Assembly (NCBI GenBank): GCA_963665275.2
Contig: CAXXIN010000013.1
Span: 283,703 to 347,702 of the forward strand
Direction of reading: 5' to 3'
Source of the DNA: Negativicutes bacterium
Lineage (GTDB): Bacteria > Bacillota > Negativicutes > UBA1444
Length of the DNA stretch: 64,000 nucleotides
Below, one piece after another: positions 1-9,232 of this stretch. The position numbers and the translations under genes were made by a program. The notes beneath the pieces are model-generated. The model was not told the origin of the DNA, did no database searches, and saw only the letters and a program-made list of their open reading frames with translations. The first letter of the stretch is position 1. Every line of letters starts with the position of its first letter.

Positions 1-2
1 TC

Positions 3-548
3 GTCAATTTTACGAACCACGCTTTTTGGAATCTGGCCGGGGAAGGATGCGGCGATATTTTAAACCATATTCTTACGCTCAACGCCGACGCTTTTACACC
101 AGTGGACGATACATTGATCGCTACTGGAGAAATCCGTCCTGTGGCTGGAACTCCGCTTGATTTCACCTCGCCACATGCAATGGGCGCTAGGATCAATAGT
201 GATTATGAGCAGATGCAATATGGGCAGGGTTATGATTTCAATTGGGTCCTCAACAAGGGCGCTGCCCAAGAAATGAGTTTTGCCGCCAGGGTATGCGAGA
301 AAACTTCTGGAAGAGTCATGGAAGTCTACACCACTGAGCCGGGTATGCAATTTTATTCCGGCAATTTCCTTACCGGGAAAACGCCGACAGATATCGGCAA
401 AGGCGGCAAACCATACGTCCACCGAAGTGGATTCTGTTTAGAAACGCAACATTTCCCGGATTCTCCGAACAAACCGCAGTTCCCTACCACTGTTTTAAAT
501 CCTGGCGAAGGGTTTTCAAGCACCTCGATTTATAAATTTTCCATATGA
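3..548 (+). CDS. galM: Aldose 1-epimerase (galactose mutarotase), 5'-truncated by window edge
   Basis: Frame is open from nt 3: [49 protein letters not shown] are typical mutarotase motifs. Confidence 0.93.
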   Translation, partial: VNFTNHAFWNLAGEGCGDILNHILTLNADAFTPVDDTLIATGEIRPVAGTPLDFTSPHAMGARINSDYEQMQYGQGYDFNWVLNKGAAQEMSFAARVCEKTSGRVMEVYTTEPGMQFYSGNFLTGKTPTDIGKGGKPYVHRSGFCLETQHFPDSPNKPQFPTTVLNPGEGFSSTSIYKFSI

Positions 549-610
549 CCTTCGCCAGCAGTAAGTTCGTCGACAAAAAGCCAGGTAGGACGCTTCATTT
601 TTTACAAGCC

Positions 611-666
611 CGAAAATGGATCAAGGCTCTTCGAATAATTATTCGAAGAGCCTTGATCCATTTTCG
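611..666. terminator. Perfect 56-bp palindrome between convergent genes; probable bidirectional terminator
   Basis: CGAAAATGGATCAAGGCTCTTCGAATAA followed directly by its exact reverse complement. Confidence 0.75.
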
Positions 667-670
667 CCGC

Positions 671-1897
671 TTATTCAGCTGGGACTTTTTTTACCAGCGG
701 CCATTTGTCGAAGAAAGTATTCATTAACAGGTAAACCATCATAAAGGCAAACTGGCCGGCCAGCGGCCCCATGACCGGGAACATCCCGCCCAAACTGTTT
801 CCGCCGAAAGTCAGCAACGGGAATGTTTTGAGCCAAACCACACCGAGAACCGAGCCCAACCCGATCCAGATCGCAAGCCGCGTGAACAGGCGTGTTTTGA
901 GATCCGGCACCATCTGGGCCGTCGGATAGTCGTCAAACATGTGATGCCAGAGCAGCAACGTGAAAACGACCGAAAGCTCGAGTGATGCAATAACGAGATC
1001 CACAGGGGCGCCGGGCAATAAATTCAGGGGGCCCACTATGGGACGAAGGATCATCGGAGTGATGATTCCCATCGGCAATGCGATGGCCAGGCCGACCAGT
1101 CCCATGTATGGCTGTTTTTTTGCAAAAAGTTTCATCGGGTAGTGTTCCAGCCCTTCGGCCGGGAGCAGGAAAAAGAAGATGAAGGCTTGCGCAAAAGCCA
1201 GGAAGCCGGTCCACGAGCCGAAAGGCTTGACGACAACCACGTGTCCGTCCAGTGATAAATTCATCAGGCTGGGAAAGAACATGGCGATCCATACGATTAA
1301 TGTAAAAACCGTACTTGTCATCATGACGGCGACACCATCCAGCGGCGCGGGGACTTTGCCGGCAAAGGGCCATTTGTGAAAGCAGGCCACATAGACGATC
1401 TGGACCATGATGACCGCGAGGCAGTAAAAATTGCCAACTTCCCAGCCTTCTATAGACATCTGTACTTCCGCGGCTGTGCTGGGCATGAACAAAATGCCCA
1501 TGCTGAAAGGTTTCCACCAAATGCCGATAAAACCAACCAAGATCAAGAATCCGATAATCCCTGACAAAAAGCCAATCAAAGTGTATCGGACGCCTGCTGT
1601 CGGTTGAAGCTCAGACACGGCATACTTGTTGTAGTTGCCAAAAATCAGGGTCTGCCAGATCCAGGGGTTGATGACCAACCAAAAGAACGTTCCCTCAGCC
1701 AGAACCGAAAGATACTTGGTCACGACCTTTGCATCCACCAGCTTCAGCCCTTCACCCGCGAGTGTCATGCCAACGGATTTCACGATGAGTCCCCAGATCG
1801 GCCAATAAATCAGGGCTACGACGAAACAGATGGTAGTAGCGACGACTCCTGTGGTGAAGATGCTCGGGAACTGTCTTTTTACTAAATATTGGCTCAT
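671..1897 (-). CDS. Polytopic membrane protein (about 10 TM helices), putative transporter of unassigned family
   Basis: Very hydrophobic 408-aa ORF; AGGAGG 7 nt before ATG 1897; last gene of the caiB-acd-fix operon; recurring F-x-x-[WY]-P motif. Confidence 0.8.
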   Translation of the reverse strand: MSQYLVKRQFPSIFTTGVVATTICFVVALIYWPIWGLIVKSVGMTLAGEGLKLVDAKVVTKYLSVLAEGTFFWLVINPWIWQTLIFGNYNKYAVSELQPTAGVRYTLIGFLSGIIGFLILVGFIGIWWKPFSMGILFMPSTAAEVQMSIEGWEVGNFYCLAVIMVQIVYVACFHKWPFAGKVPAPLDGVAVMMTSTVFTLIVWIAMFFPSLMNLSLDGHVVVVKPFGSWTGFLAFAQAFIFFFLLPAEGLEHYPMKLFAKKQPYMGLVGLAIALPMGIITPMILRPIVGPLNLLPGAPVDLVIASLELSVVFTLLLWHHMFDDYPTAQMVPDLKTRLFTRLAIWIGLGSVLGVVWLKTFPLLTFGGNSLGGMFPVMGPLAGQFAFMMVYLLMNTFFDKWPLVKKVPAE

Positions 1898-1926
1898 ATG
1901 CACCCCTCCTGTTTTTTAGGCCCGCC

Positions 1927-2217
1927 TCAACCGTAGCGGTACGAAATCCCGAAAGTCCCGCGCGGATACTCCCATTTGGTGATCCCCTTATCCTTGCACA
2001 TCACGCGGCAGGTGCCGCATTCGAGACAACCGGCATAATCAAAATGAACTTCGCCGTCCTGCAAGGTGTACAGAACCGCCGGGCAAACGACCAGGCAGGC
2101 TTTGTCCGCGCACGTCGCGCAGATGGCTTTATCGATGGTAATATGAGCCTCTTCCTCGTCCACCTCGAATTTGTCGAGGCCAAGGAGTTCTTCGGGAGTC
2201 ATGCTTCGAATCGTCAC
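1927..2217 (-). CDS. fixX: FixX-type ferredoxin-like protein
   Basis: CxxCxxxxCxxxCPA and CLECGTCRVMC..WEYPRGTFGISYRYG; GTGA overlap with fixC stop. Confidence 0.92.
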   Translation of the reverse strand: MTIRSMTPEELLGLDKFEVDEEEAHITIDKAICATCADKACLVVCPAVLYTLQDGEVHFDYAGCLECGTCRVMCKDKGITKWEYPRGTFGISYRYG

Positions 2218-3497
2218 AGTGACCGCCACCCTTTCCACGCATCCGCCAGCAATCTTCCCACGCCGCCGTGAGCTCCAATCGCTTGCCGGATAACGTCCGT
2301 GATCTTGTCCGGCACCCGTCCGTCAACAGTGAAGGCCCCCTTGAAGACAGCCCGCCCCAGTGCCGGATATTCGGTGAACATGCGAGGGTTCGCCAGCAGG
2401 TCCGGATAGCCTGCAAAACGTTTCATCGTTCCAATCAGGCCTATTTTCTCCAGCTCCGCCATGTAAGCCGGACCCGTCGTCGCTGCGTCTTTGGCGGCCA
2501 AAATCCCTTCTGCCGCCGCAATACCGCTGGCAATCGCCAAATCGATCCCGCGCACCACAAAGCCGCCGTTGATGGCGAATCCAGCTGCGTCCCCGATGAT
2601 GAGCAATCCCTCGCGGTAAAGCTTGGACGGAACTCCCCGCCAACCGGCTTCCGGAATCAGATGGGCGCTGTACTCGGCCGTCTCGCCGCCGTCGATGAGA
2701 GGGCGTACTGCCGGATGCAGTTTAAACTCCTGGATGATTTCCTGAACTTTTTTTCCGTGTCGGGCCGCCTCTTCCGGTGAAAAGACCAGCCCGAGCGAAA
2801 TGGAATCCTTGTTGGTGTAAAGAAAGCCACCGCCCTGAATTCCTTCGGTGCAGCCGAGGAACAGGCGCGTTGCCCCCTGCCCGCCTCCTACTTGGAAACG
2901 GGCTTCGATAGCCGCTGCGTCCAGCCGGATCACTTCTTTCACGCCAACCGCAACGGAATGCGGGGTAAGCTCACCGCACAGACCGGCTTTTTGTGCAATA
3001 AGAGAATTGACTCCGTCAGCAGCAATAACCACATCGGCCAGAATTCGGTCTTCACCGGCCTGCACCCCGATGATCCGTCCCCCTTCCTCAACGAGGCCGT
3101 CCACACGAATTCCGGCCGCCAGCATCGCTCCGGCGGACTCGGCCTGCCCGGCCAGCCACTCGTCGAAAGTCGCCCGGAGAATTGTGTAAGAATGGGGCAC
3201 TTCCCCGTCAAAGGCGGGTTCGAAATAGTCTACGGTCGTTGCCGAACCGCCGCTCATCAGTGTGATCTGTTCCCGAATCACTTTTCTTTCCAGCGGAGCT
3301 GCAGCATGCAGACCCGCTTCCAGACGCTCCAGCGCCCAGGTATAGACCCGGCCGCCGGTGACATTTTTCGTCCCGGCCGATGCCCCGCGTTCCACCAGCA
3401 GCACACTCCGGCCGGCCCGGGCCAGCACCAGGGCACAGGCGGAACCTGCCGGTCCCGCCCCGATCACGATAGCATCAAATCTTTCTTCTTCTGCCAT
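2214..3497 (-). CDS. fixC: FixC-type FAD-dependent ETF:quinone oxidoreductase
   Basis: DAIVIGAGPAGS, GTKNVTGGR, GGGFLYTNKDSISLG, GDAAG..RGIDLA; lies between etf genes and fixX. Confidence 0.93.
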   Translation of the reverse strand: MAEEERFDAIVIGAGPAGSACALVLARAGRSVLLVERGASAGTKNVTGGRVYTWALERLEAGLHAAAPLERKVIREQITLMSGGSATTVDYFEPAFDGEVPHSYTILRATFDEWLAGQAESAGAMLAAGIRVDGLVEEGGRIIGVQAGEDRILADVVIAADGVNSLIAQKAGLCGELTPHSVAVGVKEVIRLDAAAIEARFQVGGGQGATRLFLGCTEGIQGGGFLYTNKDSISLGLVFSPEEAARHGKKVQEIIQEFKLHPAVRPLIDGGETAEYSAHLIPEAGWRGVPSKLYREGLLIIGDAAGFAINGGFVVRGIDLAIASGIAAAEGILAAKDAATTGPAYMAELEKIGLIGTMKRFAGYPDLLANPRMFTEYPALGRAVFKGAFTVDGRVPDKITDVIRQAIGAHGGVGRLLADAWKGWRSL

Positions 3498-3508
3498 GTC
3501 CGCCTCCC

Positions 3509-4457
3509 TCAGCCTATCCGGGCCTTCAGTGCGGCCGTCAGCAAAGGCGCCGCTTCGTTGAGATCGCCCACGATTCCGTAATCTGCTGCGGCAAAAATAG
3601 GCGCATTTTCGTTGGTGTCAACCCCAACGATGATCTTGGAATCCCGAATTCCGGCCACATGCTGGACCTGCCCGGAGACGCCAAGTGAAATGTACAGTTT
3701 GGGCCTGATTTTACGACCCGACAAGCCAATGTAGGTTTCTTCCGGCATCCAGCCGTAGTCTTCTGCAATGGACCGAGTGCAGCCGACTGCACCGCCGAGA
3801 AACCGACGCCAGGTCTTCTGCCAGCTTTAAGTCTTCCTGTTTCCCCATGCCGCGTCCCACGCAGACCACGCGTTTCCGCCTCTGCAATATCGGCGCCGCC
3901 GCGCTCTACGGGACACACTTCACCGACGACGGCGCGGCTGGCTGTGTCCGCCTGAACTGTAACCACCTGGGCCGTGCGGGACTGATCCGGCGCAGGCGAC
4001 TCATAGTTTGCCGCCGGCACAGTTACGAGGGTCATTTCGTTCAGTGTCTCAGTGCAGACAGCCAGTCCGTCCGTACATCAGCCGTTCGGTATCTCGAACC
4101 CGGTTGCGCCGCGGCGAACCGAGAAAGCCTCCGATACCAGGCCTGCCCGAAGATGTGCCGCAACCGTCGCGGCGATCTCCTTGCCCCGCAGCGTTGCCGC
4201 TACGAGAAAAAGTTCCGGGGTATGTTCTGAACAAAGTTTAGCCATTGCCGGTGCGTAACTTTTCCGGCCAAGAACTGGCGCCGGTCAGCACATAGACCGT
4301 ATCTGCGCCCGCCGCAGTCAATGCCGGAGTTGAAGCCGAATCCAGCGTCAGCACTCCTACCGTAAAAGGCATTCCATCCGCCAGGTTTCGCGCCAACCCG
4401 ATCAACCGGGCACTCAGCGGCAGCATCTTCGGAAAAAACCCATATACAGGCCATCAT
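3509..4457 (-). pseudogene. fixB: Electron transfer flavoprotein alpha subunit (FixB/EtfA), multiple frameshifts (probably sequence errors)
   Basis: Fragments in several frames: MMACIWVFSE, TERLMYG, GGADIAEAE, YIGLSG..PKLYISLGVSGQVQHVAG..APIFAAADYGIVGDL. Confidence 0.85.
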
Positions 4458-4469
4458 ATTCTCTCCTTC

Positions 4470-5259
4470 CTATGCAAGGACTCCTTCTTTGACCAGCGCA
4501 TCCGCGAGGATTTCCACCCGTTCCGCCATTGTCCCGTCTTTCAGTACGATATTTTTCCGGTTCATCACATAGCCCCGGATACCGGTAACGGTGGTTTTGG
4601 GCGTCAGAGTCAGAAGCTGCCAACCCTAATTCATCCAGTTTTATTTCGGTCTGCGGTTTTTTCGCCGCTGCAAGCACCTGTTTCAATCCGGGGATACGGG
4701 GTTTGTTCACTTCAGGCAATACCGTGACGAGGACCGAGAAAATCGGCCACAACTGTCTCGGTGCAATCACCCAAGCTTGCGTACTGCAGACACCTGGTTT
4801 CCTTCAATCGACAGTTCCTTTACGAACGTGATGACCGGAATTCCAAGCAACGCCGCCACTCGCGGCCCCACTTGCTGGGCATAGGTGTCGGTCGGCGCCT
4901 TCGCCGCACAGGATCAGGTCATAGTTGCCGCTTTTTTTTCAACATGGCCGCCAGCACATTGGCTGTAACAAACCCATCCGTTTTCGCCGCCGCCTCTTCA
5001 CCCGTCCAGAATACTTTATCCGGACCGCGTGAAAGCACGTCCTTGAGGGAGTTCTTCACTCGCCGCCCCGAAGGTCAGGGGCAGACACCTCGCAGCCGCC
5101 TGTCTTTTCGGCGATGAGTACCGCCTCCTCGAGTGCGTTGCGGTCGTAGTCACTGATCTTTGATTTCGCCCGACTGAAGTCGAGTGAGCGATCCGAAGCG
5201 TTGATACGAATATCCTGCTCATCAGGTACCCATTTATAGCATACGGCAATGTTCGCCAT
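4470..5259 (-). pseudogene. fixA: Electron transfer flavoprotein beta subunit (FixA/EtfB), multiple frameshifts
   Basis: MANIAVCYKWVPDEQDI..KISDYDRNALEEAV at the start; PRIPGLKQVLAAAKKP in another frame. Confidence 0.85.
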
Positions 5260-5343
5260 CGCGAATCTCCTTTCATTACGGCCGCCGCAGGACCTACCTC
5301 GGTCCTGCGGCAGCCTCGACATCACAGCTCAATGCCCGAAAAC

Positions 5344-6494
5344 TCAAGATAGTACTGTTCGGCTGATTACCACTTTGCAGATCTCCGAAGTTCCTTCGCC
5401 AATGGTCAGAAGCTTGGAGTCCCGGAGGAACCGTTCCACTTCGAAGTCCTGGCTGTAGCCGTTGCCGCCGTGAATCTGGACAGAACGGTCGCATACCCGG
5501 ACACACATTTCGGATGAGAATAGTTTTCAGCATCGCTGCCTCATGGGTAAACGGCACGCCCGCATCTCGCATGGCGGCAACCCGGTTAGAGCATCGTACG
5601 GGCCAGTTCGATCTCAGTCGCCATGTCTGCAATATAGAAAGCGATGGCTTGGTGGTTCCGCGATCGGCTATGCCGAACTGGATTCGTTCCTTCGCATATG
5701 TAACGGCCCGGTCAAGCGAACCCTGGGCCATGCCGACGGCCATAGCCGAGATAGCGATGCGCCCTTCGTCGAGTCCTTTCATGAACAGCGGGAAGCCCTT
5801 GTTCAGGGCCGCCCAGCAGGTTTCTCTTGAGGAACACGGTCAGTTGCGGAAAATGAGCTCGCCGGTGGCAGAGCTGTGCAGCCCCATCTTCTTTTCCAGT
5901 TTGCCGATTTCAAAACCCGACGTACCTTTTTCAATGATGAAGGCGCTGATGCCGCGCGGCCCCTTTGGAGGGATCGGTTTTGGCTGTGACAATGTAGATT
6001 TCGGCCACACCGACATTGGTAATCCAGCATTTGGACCCGTTGATGACCCATTCGTCGCCTTCGAGCACAGCCACCGTTTTCGAAGCGGCTGCGTCGGAAC
6101 CGGCGCCCGGTTCGGTGAGACCAAAGGACATCAATTTTTCGCCCTTGGCCGCCGGCACCAGATATTTTTTCTTTTGGGCTTCACTGCCCGCCAGGAAGAG
6201 CGGCATGCAGCCTAGCGAAGTGTGAGCGTCGATGATGAGCGCGAGTGAACCGTTTTCCTTGGCGATCTCTTCGATGATCAGGCACTCACTGATCGAATCC
6301 GCACCCGCTCCACCGTACTCTTCGGGAATGGGTATACCTAGAAAGTTGAGTTCGGCGCAGCGTTTCACCAGATCATGCGGGAATTCATGCGCCTGATCCA
6401 ACTTCTTGGTGACTGGCGCCACCTCATTTTTGGCGAATTCACGCGCAATGTTGCGCATTAGTTCATGCTCTTCCGTCAGTTGTATGTGTGACAT
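5344..6494 (-). pseudogene. Acyl-CoA dehydrogenase (second copy), frameshifted in its 3' half
   Basis: FGLTEPGAGSD, INGSKCWITN, RGISAFIIEKG..EKKMG, LDEGRIAI, ERIQFG, C-terminal LTIGEGTSE spread over several frames. Confidence 0.88.
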
Positions 6495-6530
6495 GGATAT
6501 GCCTCCCTGTTATATGAATCATGGGGTTTA

Positions 6531-7667
6531 TCAGCGCAGGGCAATCCCTGATATGACCATCCTCTGAACTTCGGAGGTCCCTTCGTAAATTTCCGTGATT
6601 TTGGCGTCCCGCATGAGGCGTTCGACTTTGGCGCCCCTCATGTAACCGTAGCCGCCTTGAATCTGAATGGCCTTGATCGAATGCTTCATGGCGGTTTCTG
6701 CAGCGAAAACTTTGCAGCAGGCTGCTTCCAACGAGAACGGCTTGCCCGCATCTTTCAGCGAAGCGGCGGTGTGCACCAGCTGGCGCGCTGCCAGGACATC
6801 CATTTGCATGTCGGCGATCATCCACTGGATTGCCTGGTTTGCTGCCAGGGGCTTGCCGAATTGTTTGCGCTCCTTGGCATAGAGGATTGATTCGTCCAGA
6901 CACGCCTGGGCAATGCCCACAGCCTGGGCTCCGATGCCGATGCGTCCGCCATCAAGTGTGCCCATTGCGACTTTGAAGCCATCGCCTTCTTTGCCAATCA
7001 GGTTTGCTTTTGGAACACGGCAATCTTTGAAGAAAATCTCTGTGGTATGGGAGCCGCGTACGCCCATCTTGTCCTCATGCTTGCCTACTGTCCACGGCGA
7101 TACGGCCTTTTCCACGACGAAGGCGCTGATGCCTTTGGTCCCGATGCCCTGAGTGGTCTTTGCCATCACGATCATCAGCCCGCAGCCATCGCCGTTGGTG
7201 ATGAAAGTTTTGGTTCCGTTGAGCACATAATAATCGCCCTCCAGAGTCGCCGTCGTTGCGAGCGCCCCTGCGTCCGAACCGGCGCTGGCCTCTGTCAGAG
7301 CAAACCCGCCGAGGGTTTTGTAGTCGGTAATCATGGGAAGGAACTGGGCTTTTTGTTCGGGCGTTCCGAACATGTAAATCGGCACGCCAGCGAGAAGATG
7401 GCAGGCCAGAATAACTCCGGTGGATGCGCAGGAACGGGACAACTCTTCAATGACCAGCGCGTAGCTCATATAGTCTGCGCCGGCTCCGCCGTATTCGGCC
7501 GGAAACTGGATTCCTGTCATGCCCAATCCAGCCAGCTTCTGCATGGCTTCCGCAGGGAAAATGCCGTCCAAGTCTGTCTTGGATGCTACGGGTTCCAGCT
7601 CCGTCAGTGCGAATTCACGAGCTGCCGCTCGGATGAGTTCTTGTTCCTCTGACAATTCAAATCCCAT
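6531..7667 (-). CDS. Acyl-CoA dehydrogenase (butyryl-CoA dehydrogenase-like)
   Basis: FALTEASAGSD, LNGTKTFITNG, LDGGRIGIGAQAVG, ERKQFGK, QIQGGYGY, KITEIYEGTSE (catalytic Glu). Confidence 0.95.
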   Translation of the reverse strand: MGFELSEEQELIRAAAREFALTELEPVASKTDLDGIFPAEAMQKLAGLGMTGIQFPAEYGGAGADYMSYALVIEELSRSCASTGVILACHLLAGVPIYMFGTPEQKAQFLPMITDYKTLGGFALTEASAGSDAGALATTATLEGDYYVLNGTKTFITNGDGCGLMIVMAKTTQGIGTKGISAFVVEKAVSPWTVGKHEDKMGVRGSHTTEIFFKDCRVPKANLIGKEGDGFKVAMGTLDGGRIGIGAQAVGIAQACLDESILYAKERKQFGKPLAANQAIQWMIADMQMDVLAARQLVHTAASLKDAGKPFSLEAACCKVFAAETAMKHSIKAIQIQGGYGYMRGAKVERLMRDAKITEIYEGTSEVQRMVISGIALR

Positions 7668-7685
7668 TTCGATTCAACCTCCCAG

Positions 7686-8945
7686 TTAAATATTTCCTTT
7701 TTCTTTAAGCGCCTGAATTTTTTCTGGTGAAAAACCTAATATTTTGCTCAAAATCGCTTCCGTATCTTGTCCCACGGTGGGAGCTCCGCGCCAGACCTTT
7801 CCCGGAGTTTCGCTGAATTTCGGCACGATGCCGAAAGCCTTGATTTGCTTCAACAGGGTCTGGTCTTCGTATTCGATGAAGTCGTCTCGGCCGATCCAGT
7901 GTGGGTCAGCTACCGCGTCAGCTGCATTGTATACCTTGTTACAGCCAACTTTGGCCTTGCAAAGGATTGCTTCGATTTCCTGCCAAGTGTGCTGTGCGGC
8001 CCATTCAACCGTTTTATTGTGCAACTCCTGCCCTTTTTCTGACGATACTGCCTGGGGCGAAGAGGCACAGTCCTTGAAATTGAAGTATTCGAGATCAAAT
8101 CCGACAGTCTTGACGAAACGGTTGTATACTCCGGGACCGAAGGCGCCGATGACAACATATTCGCCATTCTTGTCCTGGAACAGCCCGTAAGGCTGGAATG
8201 CGTCGGCCTTCGACGATTGCGTTCTTGCCCGTGTAACATTCGCTTCGGTGAAAGAAACAAAAGTATCAGCCATGATGCGTGCGGCCGCTTCAAACTGTGC
8301 TACATCTATGGCCTGGCCCTTGCCAGTCTTCTGCGCGGAGATGTAGCCTGTCAGCGCCGCGAACGCTGCGGTAAGCGCTGCCTGATAGTCATTGGCCCAA
8401 GGTTTGGTAATCGAAGGCGGACGGTCTTTGTCGCCGTTCAGGAACATCAAACCGCTGGCGGCCTGGCCGATCATGTCGTAGGAAGCGCGGTCGCATTTTT
8501 CGGGATCTCCACCGAACTGGGGACGCCCGTAACCGCTTACGTGTACGATAACCAATTTGGGATTTGTTTCGAGCAGCAGTTCATCCGTGATGCCGTATTT
8601 ATCGAGCCATACCAAGTTTTCCATGAAAATGTCCGATTCTTTAATCAAACCCAGGAACACTTCTTTCACTTCGGGAATGTCGAGATCGAGTTCAAGCGAA
8701 AGGCTCATGCGATTGCGAGCATCCTGTGCCCAGCTGGTGCTGACCTTTTTTCCCTCGTGGACAGCGAAAGGGCCCAGTACGCGAAAGGTATCTCCTACTC
8801 CCGGCCTTTCGATGTGAATGACTTCAGCACCGAAATCCGCCAACATGTTCGCTCCATGCGGCATAGCAACGATAGAGCCTGCGGTTAACGCGCGGACACC
8901 CGCGAGTGGGCCGAACTCGGGAACGAGAAATTGTCGTTTACTCAT
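7686..8945 (-). CDS. Family III CoA-transferase (CaiB/BaiF type)
   Basis: PEFGPLAGVR, ADFGAEVIHIERP, NPKLVIVHVSGYG, RASYDMIGQAASG, PKFSETPGKVWRGAP; GGAGG before ATG 8945. Confidence 0.93.
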   Translation of the reverse strand: MSKRQFLVPEFGPLAGVRALTAGSIVAMPHGANMLADFGAEVIHIERPGVGDTFRVLGPFAVHEGKKVSTSWAQDARNRMSLSLELDLDIPEVKEVFLGLIKESDIFMENLVWLDKYGITDELLLETNPKLVIVHVSGYGRPQFGGDPEKCDRASYDMIGQAASGLMFLNGDKDRPPSITKPWANDYQAALTAAFAALTGYISAQKTGKGQAIDVAQFEAAARIMADTFVSFTEANVTRARTQSSKADAFQPYGLFQDKNGEYVVIGAFGPGVYNRFVKTVGFDLEYFNFKDCASSPQAVSSEKGQELHNKTVEWAAQHTWQEIEAILCKAKVGCNKVYNAADAVADPHWIGRDDFIEYEDQTLLKQIKAFGIVPKFSETPGKVWRGAPTVGQDTEAILSKILGFSPEKIQALKEKGNI

Positions 8946-8987
8946 GTCCATTCCTCCATTTTCTGAATTATTCTTTAATTTACATGT

Positions 8988-9004
8988 TGCAAGAATAATG
9001 CCAA
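8988..9004 (-). promoter_or_regulatory. Sigma-54 (-24/-12) promoter of the caiB-acd-fix operon
   Basis: TTGGCATTATTCTTGCA = GG-N10-GC, about 43 nt upstream of the CoA-transferase start. Confidence 0.85.
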
Positions 9005-9005
9005 G

Positions 9006-9040
9006 AAAAAAGCCGCCGCTCCCAAGCAGGAGCGACGGCA
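9006..9040 (-). terminator. Intrinsic terminator after the activator gene
   Basis: GCCGTCGCTCC / GGAGCGGCGGC stem followed by T6 on the minus strand. Confidence 0.75.
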
Positions 9041-9115
9041 TTTCAGACTATGCAGTTCTGGGCATTAGCGTTTTATAGCTTATGGCGCATGGTTTTTCTT
9101 CGCCCTCACCAATTT

Positions 9116-9232
9116 TATGCGATATTGCACATTACACCAACCATAGGTTATGCAATCCGTCACAAAGCAAGCATTTGTTTGCTATCTATCTTCCATGTGC
9201 AATTCTGCACTAGAGTTATGCGAATTTGCACT
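9116..9232. promoter_or_regulatory. Four candidate enhancer (UAS) sites T(A/G)TGC(A/G)-N4-TGCAC
   Basis: 9116 TATGCGATATTGCACA; 9149 TATGCAATCCGTCACA; 9196 TGTGCAATTCTGCACT; 9217 TATGCGAATTTGCACT; 110-230 nt upstream of the sigma-54 promoter. Confidence 0.6.
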
